A stretch of DNA of 64,000 nt from Balanoglossus misakiensis (taxonomy: Eukaryota; Animalia; Hemichordata), in assembly GCA_040954595.2 (NCBI GenBank), contig CM082579.2, positions 13,393,834 to 13,457,833 on the forward strand, in the 5' to 3' direction. The notes beneath the pieces were generated by a model. It made no database searches. It was not told the DNA's origin and worked only from the letters and a program-made list of their open reading frames with translations. Position 1 is the first letter of the stretch. Each line of letters opens with the position of its first letter. Positions 25,043-38,004 of this stretch are shown here, piece after piece. Position numbers and translations under genes: made by a program.

Positions 25043-26939
25043 ATGTTATTCCATGTATGACCTCATCTTGGATATGAATATTATCTGTTACCAATCCTTG
25101 CAATGCAGTTTCCATAACTGCAGTTTTACAGTTCTTTTTCATGAGGACTTGAGAAATGAATTATTTACTGCTTCTTCACAGCCAGAAAGATTCTTTATAG
25201 GTTTTTAAAATCCTTGATGTGTTCAAAATAAATCTTTTACTTTTGCAATCTTTTGTGTATATGTGTGTCCATTGTTAGCATTCCCCCCCCCCCACCCCCA
25301 CCCCCCGAGTTGAACACGGGCTGCCAAATTATTGCAATACAAGACATGAACTATTCCTACTGCTTCTCATGTTTGGTTTTAATGTGCACTTTCAAAATCA
25401 GTCATATTCTCCTCAATACAACTTTAGATTATTCTTGCTTAAAACAAAGAATACAGATTAATTATTCACCGTAAAAATTTGAATGACAAAAATTGTCTCA
25501 AATTTGAAATTCAAAATGGCCGCTATAACTCCATGGTGAACATTGTTTATTTTTTTATGAAACCAAGGTGATGAAAATGTTTTTTTTTTTTTTTTCAAAT
25601 CGACTTCATATACACTTTAATACAAAAACATGGAAGAGTTTGGAGGACTGATCTTTGTGAAAATAACCAACTTAATGAATTTTTTTTTCACTCAACTACT
25701 GGAAAGTAAGCTGTGCTTTGATTGGTTGCTGACTGAGACAAATGTGTAGATAACCAATCACAACACAGCTACCTTCATGATTGAGCATGTAGAAAGTGTA
25801 GTCTCCCTCAGAAATCGCCCAAAACATCGCTATTAATGCGAGCAGAGGATAGCATGTATGAACTTTGACATGAAATTGGTAGTTACCCTGGTTACGACGT
25901 TGATTTGTGACTGGTACACTTTCCACCCTTTGAAGAAAGAAAAAAAGAAACAAGTTCTTTTCTGTGCAACACTTCAGAGTCACAAGTGATTTTCATCAAG
26001 AGAAACTTCTATCAGGCAAATTTTACTTGAAATGTTTGAAGAATTGGCACTGGGTTGATTTTATTTTGGAGTGAGTTAAGTACTCAGGGAGTCATCATTT
26101 GGTATCCCCAGGGGGGGGTCTAGATGCTGTTTTCTGATGGGAGAGACAATTCATTCCAGTGGAATGTGACACTTAGGAAATAAATAGACCATAGCACCAA
26201 AAAGAACAATTTCAGAATAAAATCCCGCATAACATATCAGCTCACAATCAGAATGCAGATAAGTATATGAGATAAGAGAAATTCCAACAAATATCTTCAT
26301 ATTTGACTTCCAGTCCAACTTGAGTGGAAATGGCATAAACTTCAATGATTCTGTGCCCTTGAGCAAGGCACTTTTTATTCTCATTGATCTGGGGGGACTG
26401 ACTTTGTATAGATGATTGTTCTAGTCATCCTATCCTAGGTAGACAACATTTCTGTGTTTGATATGGATGAATTTAATAAATTAAAAACTGCATCGTTAGC
26501 CATTTTTGAATGCTGCTAAATAATAAATATATCCAGAATTTGATAAAACAATTCTATTTGAAATCCATTGTTTTCTTTGGCAATATATGACCATAATTTT
26601 GTCGCAAATATATAAATGGTATATATACAGTATTATATTATATCATGCTACCGTCCGCAATTCTGATTGGACGAGAGCTCAATCCAGCGATGCTAAAATA
26701 CTCATAATGCACTGCTGGCAGAGCTAAAACGGGCCCCTGCTGAACTAGCATATGGCAGCAAAAACCACAGTCGCGCGTGTTTAAACCAAATAAATAAAAC
26801 AACAATACTGTTGAATTAACGGACGTTTTATTTTGAAATTGCTCTGTGGAAATATTTTTCACTTTGCCACGCGCGATGCCCGTCTTGTCACTTTTTGTCG
26901 TCTGCTTCATGTTTAATGCTCGATCCCGGCTGGATCCCG

Positions 26940-27085
26940 GCCTTGCCGTTGTATGGGCATGCGAACGATTCCACTTGTATGTATATGGTCAGAAATTCAC
27001 CATTGTGACAGACCACAAGCCGTTGGTCCACATATACAACAATCCAATTTCGAAACCACCTGCCAGAATCGAACGTTGGGCACTG
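26940..27085 (+). mobile_element. Isolated Gypsy RNase H fragment
   Basis: LAVVWACERFHLYVYGQKFTIVTDHKPLVHIY..PPARIERWAL is the canonical Ty3/Gypsy RNase H C-terminal motif. Flanks are unrelated. Confidence 0.85.
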
Positions 27086-30000
27086 AAGCCGTCGGCACAG
27101 AAATTAAAAAGAAGAAGAAGAAGAAGAAGAAAATGAGCACGAGTTACACGTCTATAAAATTTACAGCTTGTTGAAATTAGGAAGGTTACTTTTCAATATC
27201 AGTAGCGCGATACGAGACAAACAACCCTCTATATACCGATAAGAAGTTGTTACCATGGTGATAAAATAAACATCTGTAAGACTGAGATCTGTCAATTATT
27301 TTTTTTCATTCATGCATAAGAAATAGATCACTAATCGAAAAATTAAAATTAAATCTTAATACTCAACAACAGGGTTCGGCCTTAATGTCAAAATTACTCT
27401 ATTCTATAAATAGCTCTCAACGGTTAGATTTTTTGAAAGTAAATTATTGCTGATGGTTGGAATACTTAATTTTCAATCTCAGATTCCGTGAAAATATTAC
27501 AAAATAATACAGGATAAAGTCGATGGCGTTTTAATTGTCACTAATGCATTCTATACGTCCCCTGGAGGTAACCCAGGGAGATTCCTGAACGAAACAGGGA
27601 TGGTGTCCCATTGTGAAGGTTGTCTATGGGAGGAAACTGATGGGCAGGCCTAGGGCTTTAGTTTTCCAGCTGAAAAATTAATGCGTTTCGTGTTTATTTA
27701 TCTGTGATGTGCCTAAAGTACCCCAAACCTTCCGTTTCTACAGTCAACTTGTCGTCATATTTCATTTTTCTAAAATTGTGAAAAGAACACAAAACAATTT
27801 AAATTTGCTTCTCCAAGAACATTTTACTTCTGTTCTACAAAATAAAGGGGGAAAAATGTGTCATTTGTCTGTCGATGTTTAAAGGGGCAATTTTCAATCC
27901 CTGGTTTTTGCATTAGTAGGTGCTCCTCCTAGTCAAACATTAGGCTAGTTGCGATGTTTAACCTACAGTACGTTAAAAACACACTCCAATCACAACTGTT
28001 TACCACCTTAGCTAATCCTATAAAGGGTGCTAGGTATTACAGATAACGATAACGGCCGTGCCATGGTCTAGCTGCACACGAGTACAGTAGAGACTGTTTA
28101 CGGTCAACTGGAAAGCAAGAGGCCGATCGCTCTAACCACTTCGACGCTCAATTCTCCCAAGCGCGCACAGGTGCAAGCTCTGGAATGCGATCGCGAAACT
28201 TCGGACAATGCTCTGTAAAGTAAGCCCTACAACGCAATCTCGCACAAAGAAGCTGTATTCACCTCACTATGATCTGAAATCAGCGTGTATTGATTCTTAC
28301 TTGCATTTGTCCTGCGAGGCAGGACCGTCTTGATGACGACTTTGACCTCAAGCAATTGTGATTGGAGGCGCAGCCAGGCCTGCAAAACAGTCATCCTGCA
28401 TGCATGACCGGCTACCGTACCACGCGTCGGTCAATCCACTTGCGCACGGCTGGGGCGGCTCGGCACAGGCCTGCCTATAATTTTCCTATCAACTTGAGAG
28501 CGGATCGCTACTCAAAATAGGCGTTGAAATGTCTGAATTCGCGATCATCAAGTTTATAGATCGACATCGATACAAACCCAGTTCAAGCTAGACTGATCCC
28601 CGGAAATGAACGATGCGAAAATGTCCGCATTGTTTTAATTGCTGACAATCGCGATCGTGGCGTCGGTAATTTTTGAAGGGAGCTCAGATGCTTGTCGAAA
28701 ATTCCACATGAAAGGAATACAAGTCGAATTACCAAAACTATAAATGATTGGCAGCATGTCTTGATACTTGGTGCGTCATGATTTGCAGGTAGAAAGTCCT
28801 ATCTATTGCTATTGCGACATGGGCCTATAGGCGCGGCTATATGCACTCGTGAAGCTGTCGCGCCCGTGTACAGCAGCACGCACGCTCAGGCACAGTTACG
28901 TTAGCATTCAAATATCCAGATGACGGGCAACTTCAATAGCGTGGAGGCATTATACCTGATACATGGTACGTGTCTGGCGGTTTTTAAAATAAAAACATAC
29001 GTGGAAAAATCTTTTACTGAATGGCGAAATATTGCTTGCCCGTCACTTGGAAATGACAACGCCGTGGGTCACATGGCCAGATCACGTGATTGATAGCAAA
29101 ACAATTCTTTGACTGACTTTCTGCGTTTCCGTACGTTTCGATATTTCATCAAATCCGGGCATCACTGAAGTCAAGAGTCCGTTTAAGGTTTTTTAAGAGA
29201 CGACATTATTGTACATATTATAATGCGATACATCTTTATTTTTGGCAGTTTTCTTTGAGTGGTGATTGTTTTTGACAAAAATGAATGGTACATTAAAATA
29301 ACACCAAAGTCATATCCTCGGGTGTGTAGTGTACTTCTTTATTCACTTTTATATGTGAGTATGTGTGCCTGTGTAATGATTTGTGCATTTCTTTTTAATT
29401 TTTTATTACGAAGTGTTTTGGTGATTACGGTAGTTCTCTTTTTGAAGGATGTGGTGGCCCTGATAAGGGCCGTTTGGTATGTGTATGCACTAGAGCATAC
29501 GTCTCTGGGTTTCTACAGAGAGGCACTAAAAACTTCTTCGACAAAACGCCTCCACACATTGGTCCTCCAACGACTTGTTTTTTCCGTCAATACCCTGCGC
29601 TCAGACCTCCTCCTGTACTGCCTTCCTCGCCGACTCTTCCTGGTATTGGTTGACACCACTTTCGCTTCTGCGTCATATTTTATTGTTTTGTCAGTGATAA
29701 GCTTGCACAGAAACATTGTAAATTATCATGGGGAAAACATGAACACACTCGGAAATAAAATAAAACTTACCCAGTCCAGACAGGTGAGATCACTCCTGAA
29801 TTTATAGGAGTTTTTTTTAATGGGATGCGCAACATTGTTGAAGCTCTCAACATAGTGTGTGTCTTTACACTAGAATGGAAAATAAAATAAAATCTTTACA
29901 AAGAGTAGAGACTTTGGTTTTCCATAATCGTGTCTGCATATAGCTGACAAAAACTACAGCATAATCTCGGTACAAGAAAGCCTGAGAGAAATACTGCTAT

Positions 30001-33000
30001 GCTCTATCTGCTGCATGGTGGTGTTCAAACACTGCACATTGTAACTACATGTACCTGTATTCTGAAATCGTGTTTCAAGCTAAACATTGTCATTCAATAC
30101 ACATAGCTAAGCACACCTACATTTACCTCATGCTATGTAATACTTAAAAAACTCACATCAACATAATTCTCTGGCTTCTTGTACAGCTGCGTCTTTCTAA
30201 CTGCATGCCTCAGGAGGTCAGCTGCTTTCGATTGCCTGATTGGGCGGAACGATGCTTCGTAATTCGCGCTATTCCGACACCTCGATTTTGGGTCACACCC
30301 AGCGTGATTATCCTACAGATCGAAAAGATAACATGTACCGTCTATTTGATGGAATTTAAGAAGCACAGTCACGGTTTTGTCCTGATGTTGGCATCCACAG
30401 ATAACTTTAAAAGAATGTGTGATGGCGATGGTTACATTTTCAACTATTTTATTTAATCAAAAAAGTTATTTTTGTTTCATTCAAAGGTAATTACCTGATA
30501 ATGTGCGACAATATTGTCTATTTTTTTTCGGATTAGCGCCGCTGCTTCGGTTCGTGCCCGGGTTGTGTTGCCATTGTCCAGAAGGTGTTGTTTTGCCCGT
30601 GTCATGGCCCAGTAGCAATGTGTCTTTACATTGGCCCCTGTGGAGAGATGAACACATAGTTGAATTTGTAATAATTGTTATCACAAACGAAATGGCTTTA
30701 CGTTTAATATCTCCATTTTCAAAGCTGCATAAGAGAAAAAAAAATATTCAACGCATAAAACTGAACATGAAACAGAAACTCGTAACCACAGATACCTGAC
30801 CAAAAGTGAAAACTTAACATTGCGATTGAGAAAACATAAAATGTGTGTGATTTTACCTTTATCTGCAAGTTCAGGGTGCCAGGTTACGTTCATGTTTCGT
30901 TGTGTCCCCGTGGTTACTCGTTTCATCTCTCGGCCTATTGCCTTGGTAACTGTAAAATAAAAACAAGCATTGATGTTACAGCTCCTCGCCTACGTGTACA
31001 CGATGAAACAGAATCAATTAATGGTGCCTGGATTGATGCAACTCTGCCTTGAAAACAAACCTGAATACACATATTCACTTTCAAATTATAAGTTTACAGA
31101 TGATCAAAAGTCGTCAGCTAAAAATGTATGTGACGTCCTTATGTACATGTACTAAATTGGAGTGTTTTTGCTGCTACACCTTCCCCTGTCAAGTAAGAAT
31201 GAAGCCTTACCATGCCATGTGTCGTTGCTGCTGATGGTATCTGGCCTTTCCTCTCGCAGGAATTTGTTTACAGACGCGTTGTTGTCGTGGCCATGAACTA
31301 AAATTGGAACCCCTGTAAATGTAATCATTTGCAATAGCCGGTTGTCAGTGTGACATATTTTCTTGCATAGAATTATAATTATCGTTTTATATGTGGTCCA
31401 TGTACATGCCTCAAGTTTTCTAAAAACATTTAGCAAGGATTTTACTGATACTGATGGGAAAGCACCGTGTTAATACTATGTTTTACCTTTTTCATCAGCC
31501 CAGTTATAAAATCGCCTGATCCCAACCATCTCGTGTCTTTGGGAACACGGGTCATCGTGCTTCCTGACCAACTTCTTATGGATGCACTTATGGGTTCTAA
31601 AACAAAGAAAAATAGTTACAAATAAAGTTATTCGAATTTAATCCAAAATTGCCATATATTACAATAACAGTATACGTCAAAGCATGTGGCATGTCAGTTC
31701 GGAGAAGTGTGTTGATGCCAAACACAATACTCACTGTCGACAGAAATAGCGATGCGATTGAGTGCGTGTAAGGGTAACACATTACCATACATATAACCAT
31801 CATTGCCATAGAGATGAAAAATGTTATTTCTAACGAAAAGTTGTTACATACATGTCACCAAGTACAACTATGTCAGAGTTTTGTGCATTCTTTCATGTAC
31901 CGTGTCATGCATCGCTCATATTTTCAATCCCCAGCTTAATGGTGCGGTCTTCCGATGCGATTTCCTGAAATTGGATTCAAAAACAAAATGTATTAGGCCT
32001 ATATGAACACACGGATAAAATGTGGCATGATAAAAATATCAAATAACATTTATTTAGTTGTTTTTGGGTGGTGAAATGTCATAACTCGTTTAATGCATCA
32101 TCCATGGATTTGACCGCTTCATTGTGGACAGTTTGTCGGTACTTCTCAAAAACTGAATAAAAAAAAAAGACAGACGAGAAATGGGCCGCCGCAAGGGAAA
32201 AGGGCCCTTATGCATGGATTTTTCGATTTTTATTTTTTGTCGTTTTTTGATAGTACCTGTGCTCCTCTTTTCATATGTGTGCCGCTCACTATGAACTTAC
32301 ACCTGGAAATGGCATTTGTGGCCCATTGAATGTGACATATGACCTTTGACCTCAGCCCACAAATAAAATTCACTGTTTTTGTTTCACAATAAAGAGGTTT
32401 AAAAACCAAACATCTTTTCCCAACTACATGGAAGATCTGTATCCATTTATACCGTAGGTACTGACTAAATCAACTTTTTAGGGGGAGAGGGGGTGTCTGT
32501 CATTCCATTATATCATAGGGGTGGAAAGCACACAAGATGATGCTAGTTCTATTTAAAAATACATTTTATTAGACACCACAAGTGCCAAAACTCTACACAT
32601 CACATCCTCCGAAAATATGAATATTTACATGACATTATTGACATAACTGTTGCCATGGCTACCAGCAGTCTCCATCTAAACTGTTGCCATGGCTACCTGT
32701 AGTGTCAGAACTCCAACCATTACATCACTGATATTGCTACATACAATTCTAACTATCATTTTTTTCAGATAACATTTAAATATTTACAAGTTTGCATTTA
32801 TTTTCAGTACTACATACATGCAAGAGTATTCAGTGGGTTTTTGGATTTACTCTTCAGGGCAAAATGCATGTCTAAATGGCTGTCTGACAAATGGAACAAT
32901 TTCCTTCTGTAACTCTCTCCATCTGGCTAAACTCATTCCTCCAGCAGGCAATACAGAGGGTTTTATATGTGGTGATGGAGGCCAAGTAGCATTTCTTTTG

Positions 33001-34247
33001 AGCAGATCTATACGGATTTCATCATCTGTGACTAATTTTCTAACATATACAGCACCAGGATCATTCTTGGTGAATCTAAAATGATGATAAACACGAATTC
33101 CCTTCAATGGTTTGAGAAATGAAGAAAAAAATGAATCCCACTCAAACCATTGAAAGTTGGGATCAGAATTCCGACTGCCATAACATTTCACATTGTTTAT
33201 TCGTGAACTTTTTGACACAATGTCTGCCAGCTGCTGAACTGTGTCAACATCACTTCTACGATACACTTGCCGAATCTTACCGAAACAAGCATCACAAATG
33301 CACTTTGTATGACCTGGTTCCAAGAAATGATAATTAATTTCGTCATGTTAACCAGTACTGGTACGGTAACAAAAATAATGAATGACAGTTTTGTTTTTAT
33401 TCTGACCTCCACAGTTGTCAGCATGGCAATGACAACTCTTTTCACCCAATCCATGCTCCTCAAAATAATTGTGAAGCATGCTAACTACATTATTGGCACC
33501 ATGGCACTTTCTGTTATCAATGCCAATGGTCTCAGACTCATCAAACAGATAATTCATTTGAGATTGTTGACTATCATTACATATACCAAAGCAATTTACA
33601 CGTAGTGGATTCAGAAAATACAGTGGACTAACTTGACGAGACTGATGGGGCAGCAGAAAACTCTGTGCAAAATCAAATGTATAATGAACATTATGTAAAT
33701 CATAAGAGCAAGGACTACATGGGGGCTGAACTTCAATGTCTCTGAGTTCATCCTGTGCCTTTCTAATGCACAAGTTCAGAAATTCTCTTTCATTTTGTGA
33801 TTTCAAAATGTGTCCTGAGAATGCAATACTAGAGTTCAGTTTGTCTTCTTCTGTTGAGGCAAACTGAATTTCATTCCGGAAGTGTTCACATTTGGCACAC
33901 ACATCTGTACGAGGTTCCATTTGCTGAATGTGTGGTACACACAATTTCCAGATATTTCGGAAAGTTGTCTCCCCCACAGGCTGCTTGGTTGGCTGACAAA
34001 CATTACAGGCCTCCACATACTTCTTATACATATCAGCCTTGGTGTCACAGGATGGAAGATAAATTGGAGGCCTTCCATCTCTACCACAAGGAGCAGCTGG
34101 CATAGGCAGACCATTGTCATCTGCATATCTGACCAGGAACTGAACAGCATCTTGCACTGTCTGTTTGGAAAAAAGAATAGTTAAGTCACTCAAAATAAAT
34201 TAGTGAACACTGAGAACACATATACAGGTTAGATAGCAAACCACCTA

Positions 34248-34500
34248 AAGGGACAAAGTCTCTCTCTCACTGCCCTTTTTTCCATTAATTATGTTTGATA
34301 CAAGACACCATTTGTTATTCTACGTGTGGATATAGGGAATCAATGTTGACCAAACACAACTTCCATCCCACTTGAAGATGCGAGAGTGAAAAACTGGCCG
34401 AAATGAATAATCGGTCTCTACCATTTATTCATTTTGACAAGATTTTTATTCTCATCCTGCAAAGTGGATGTTGTGTGTGGTCGAGCACTGATTCAATGTC
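34248..34500. mobile_element. Palindromic MITE (same family as 24845 and 42989) in Sola1 intron 2
   Basis: Starts AAAGGGACAAAGTCTCTCTCTC and carries the same central hairpin. Confidence 0.65.
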
Positions 34501-34645
34501 GGAGGGTCCATGTGAAAGTCTCAGTGTCAATTGGGCATGCTCCAAACTGTGGGTGAAAAATACTACTTCAAGATGGCCAGCATATGAAGCAGCTGTCAGG
34601 AGGAGGAGACAAGATATTGAGGGGCCCAGATACAGTATTACTGTA

Positions 34646-34963
34646 TACACATGATGACTGACTGTGACAATGAGGGCAACAGTGTATTTTTGATGACCTT
34701 GGGACTGAGGGCATAGGGAAAACAAGACTGTTTTAGTTGTGACTAGCAGTCCCGAGGTCATCAAAAATACACCGTTGCCCGAATATGTCAGTCATCATGT
34801 GTTTTATAACACACCAAACATGACACACACCACATCCAGGCAACAGTACCAGGCAGAAACCGATCGAAATCATGCCCTAGGGAACAGTTCGAAATGACTA
34901 AGGTCACGTGACGGCGTATTGACGAATCACGATCGAGTGTTCGCTGCATGGTGTGTTATAATA
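34646..34963. mobile_element. Hairpin + short-TIR non-autonomous element (Crypton-like architecture)
   Basis: Inverted arms ACACATGATGACTGAC..TTTTGATGACCT(T/C)GGGACTG / CAGTCCCGAGGTCATCAAAA..GTCAGTCATCATGTGT, then TATAACACACCA ... TGGTGTGTTATA. Confidence 0.6.
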
Positions 34964-37900
34964 AATCCTGACGCCTTTGTTACGACTCAAGGCAACAATA
35001 AACCGAACCCTGTCTAATCTGGAAACCTGTCTGTACTGAGCACCTATTCCTGTCCCTTTGACATAAAAGCACATGTTTGCGTGATAATAATAAACCATAA
35101 ATATGAAATTTATTACCAAGTATAAGTACACTCTTATACACATTTACATGGTATAAGAATATACTTCTTAAAGATATTTGTTATGGCATGCAGAAATGTA
35201 ATACTTACTTCAAATGAATAGGCATTGGCTGGTCGTTTTCCTCGACGACCATGATCTCTGGGTACCACACCATGGATTTTGTAGTGGGCCTTTAAATTCT
35301 TGAACCTTTTCTCCCCTATAATTAGAGTTATAGGATTATAATACTAACTAATACTATCCCAAGATTATGTCAAAACAATGACTTCTCTGTAGTTTAAATC
35401 TTCTCAAAATCGTTTGATACACATTTAAAAAGAAATTACTGTAAAGTTGTGTCTTCTCTTAAAAAATCAACATCAAGATTGTGGGGGCCAGGACACTTAG
35501 AAAACTCTTTGAGAAAAATCCCCAAGTAAACAAAGGTCATGTGAGGGAGGAAAAAGATGACATCATCATCCTATATTGACTGTCACTGCTGCACTACGGT
35601 AAACTACGTGATGTGGGGAATCTATTAAAAATCAACAATCGGATGCAATAATTCACCTAACAATCCACATTTCGAGTACTCATGCTCGCACAGGGTGTGA
35701 TGAGGATATCACGACGTGTAAATAAATCATTGGTGCCAACGTAAAAATACCCTGCCACTCACCCAAGTTGTGAATGTAACGCCAAACTTTTTCACACACG
35801 CGTTGACCATCAAAGATGTAATCAAAGGACTGTCGCGCACGTTTACCACCACGGACAGGTTCTCCATGAACCTCACACTGTTCTAACTTTGCAAGGATGA
35901 GAACATCAAGATGGTCTTTCTGGAATTCTGACATGTTCAAACGGTATTCCCACACCCTGTCCACAGCAAAGTTCGAGTAGCACTGGTGTTTACAAACACA
36001 CCCAGTCCGCATTACGGCCTCCACCGATGGCTTATCCAAGGCGTCACAGTCATTTCCTTCTTCGCGATCTTCTTGACCCATCTCTGGGTGTAACTGAGAG
36101 TACAGTCTCGCCAATTCGACTGGCTCTGCTTCAGGTACTGGCTCGTCTTCATCGCTATCGTCGTCGTCTCCCTGGTGGCAGTGATCGCGTACACTATCGG
36201 CTGAAACAGAACACTGGGAATTCTCCCTAGATTGCGGCGGACTAAATGTTTCGACCAACTCGTCGTGGCGTTCTTCGAGCAAAGTCCGCAGCTCGGCATT
36301 TAATTGCGGGTCGAGAGGTACGGAGAATGCCATGATTTTACGCAACGGGAAACATCAGTAGCACAGCGATTTCTGACTCTGACCTCCTTAGCGCTGAGGT
36401 CACGTGTATATGAACTGAGCAAAATGGCGGGAATAAAATTAGATACAATGTAAACGCTCTACGTGAGAAGTGTTTTTTGAGCTATAGAAATCGAATTCAG
36501 TGAGGAAATGACATAAATGTTCTGTGTTTCGTGATATACTTTGAATATCTTTTGTCATTTTCTCGAAAAAGTTGGGCAATATACTGAACAAATCCATTTT
36601 CCTCCAGCGTGCAGGCGAATATTTGCATGTGATAAGCACACATAGAACGTCACCTATTCAAATGCAAATTACTAAAAATGACGTACACTTGCATAAGGGC
36701 CCTTTTCCCTTGCGGCGACCCAAATATTAGTGATGATTTGCCTACTTTATATGCCAGCACAGTCATGGGGTGACTGTGATGATGGTCGACAGTTAATACA
36801 TTTGGAAAAAAAATTGTCTTGACATGTCTTTATATGCTGCAGTCATGTCTGTAACTCCATGGTCATACAATATATTGAAACAGTCTGAGAATCAATGTAA
36901 GTTGACCACACTAAAAGTAGGACTGATCACAAATAAATATAAAACTAGATAGTTTCAGCTATAAGAAAGTGTAAGCTTACATTTCGTTCTATACTTGTCC
37001 TTCAACGACCCCATATTTGCACTGCTGGTTACAGTGTCATAAGTCCGCGTCCGTACGCCAGCTGACAACAACCCGTGTAACAATCTGTTGGATAATGTTC
37101 ATAGCATTTCAAAGTTACGACGCGAGAGCATAATACATTGACGTATTCTTGGTAAATAAAAGATGACAAAACAATATAAGTCCGTATCATACAATGTCAC
37201 TGTATTTACACTTACCTGTAGTTGACGAGTAGTCTCCCGTTCGGTAAATACGGCGAAGAATTCCAATTGAATCCGTGATCTTCCTCGCAGTTGAAACGGA
37301 CCCTCCCCGCGTGGCCCATCATAGTCGTGCGCTTTGAGGCAAGAGTTCCTCGACATGCTCCGGAGTGTGATTCGACAGTTTTTACGAGGTTCTGGACAGA
37401 GAGGGTCGTTGTCAAATACATCTGGTCCGTTCTATTGGACACCTCTGGTACACTGGTTCGTGGAAAGCACCTTCTTCTGGTTCGTCACGCATACCACCAT
37501 TGCCGTTCGTTTCGTGACTCGTCAGGAAGAAATCAAGTACCGTTGATAACACGTCAAAATTTGTTGCCCTACCCTCCTTCATCAGATTTCGAAGCTTTGA
37601 AATTTTACGTTGAATTGCTGTCTTATCTTCAGTAGTTGGGCCAACAAAATCAACATTTCCGCGGACAGTGTTATCCCGCACCCGACGTATGTGACGATCC
37701 CTGATTGCTTCCCTAGTCATGGAAGGACAAATCTCTGAACCCGGCATGTTTAAAAAAAAATCGAAAAATTAAAAAAAATGTTGACTGAAAATCTAAAAAT
37801 ATATCAAATTGTAAATAAAGAAAAACTGCAAATGTTTAGTTTTTTTAATTTTTTATTGGTATTTTAAAAATGTTTTCCTGTTTTTTTTGGTTACTTTTTC

Positions 37901-38004
37901 ATGAATATGCGAATTAGATATTACATATTCATGAGCACACAGGCATTGCCGAGCTTAGGTGGTTTCCAAGGCTTCAGCCTCGTGGTTGCGTGGTTTCATG
38001 TGTG

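Larger units (their letters stand above)
32847..36333 (-). pseudogene. Sola1 transposase, 3 exons (36333-35763, 35315-35209, 34160-32847), one premature TAA
   Basis: Phase-consistent GT-AG introns. Motifs GCxC..C, VC, RDHGRRG, DVCAKC, FDFAQ, HADNCGGQNKN and GHTKCICD (DDD triad). In-frame TAA at 33348-33350. Confidence 0.88.
32183..36721 (-). mobile_element. Sola1 DNA transposon, full length
   Basis: 32-bp TIRs GGG(C/T)CGCCGCAAGGGAAAAGGGCCCTTATGCA with one mismatch. 4-bp TSD AAAT at 32179-32182 and 36722-36725, fitting the AWWT target described for Sola1. Confidence 0.92.
29513..37747 (-). pseudogene. Multi-exon Kolobok-type DDE transposase pseudogene (about 11 exons), interrupted by the Sola1 element
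   Basis: Exons, mostly GT-AG bounded, at about 37747-37216 (WNSSPYLPNGRLLVNYR), 37084-36981, 32151-32085, 31964-31852 (SDA*HGT*KNAQNSD, first D), 31596-31488 (DDPCSQRHEMVG), 31312-31211 (HGHDNNASV..NDTWH), 30950-30857, 30637-30495 (VKTHCYWAM), 30312-30157, 29870-29771 (THYVESFNN, catalytic E) and 29690-29513. Stops and frameshifts are present. Confidence 0.75.

Noticed and set aside
29259-29807. 182-aa hydrophobic plus-strand ORF as a membrane protein
   Set aside because: It is antisense to the last Kolobok exons and T-rich UTR, so the hydrophobicity is compositional.
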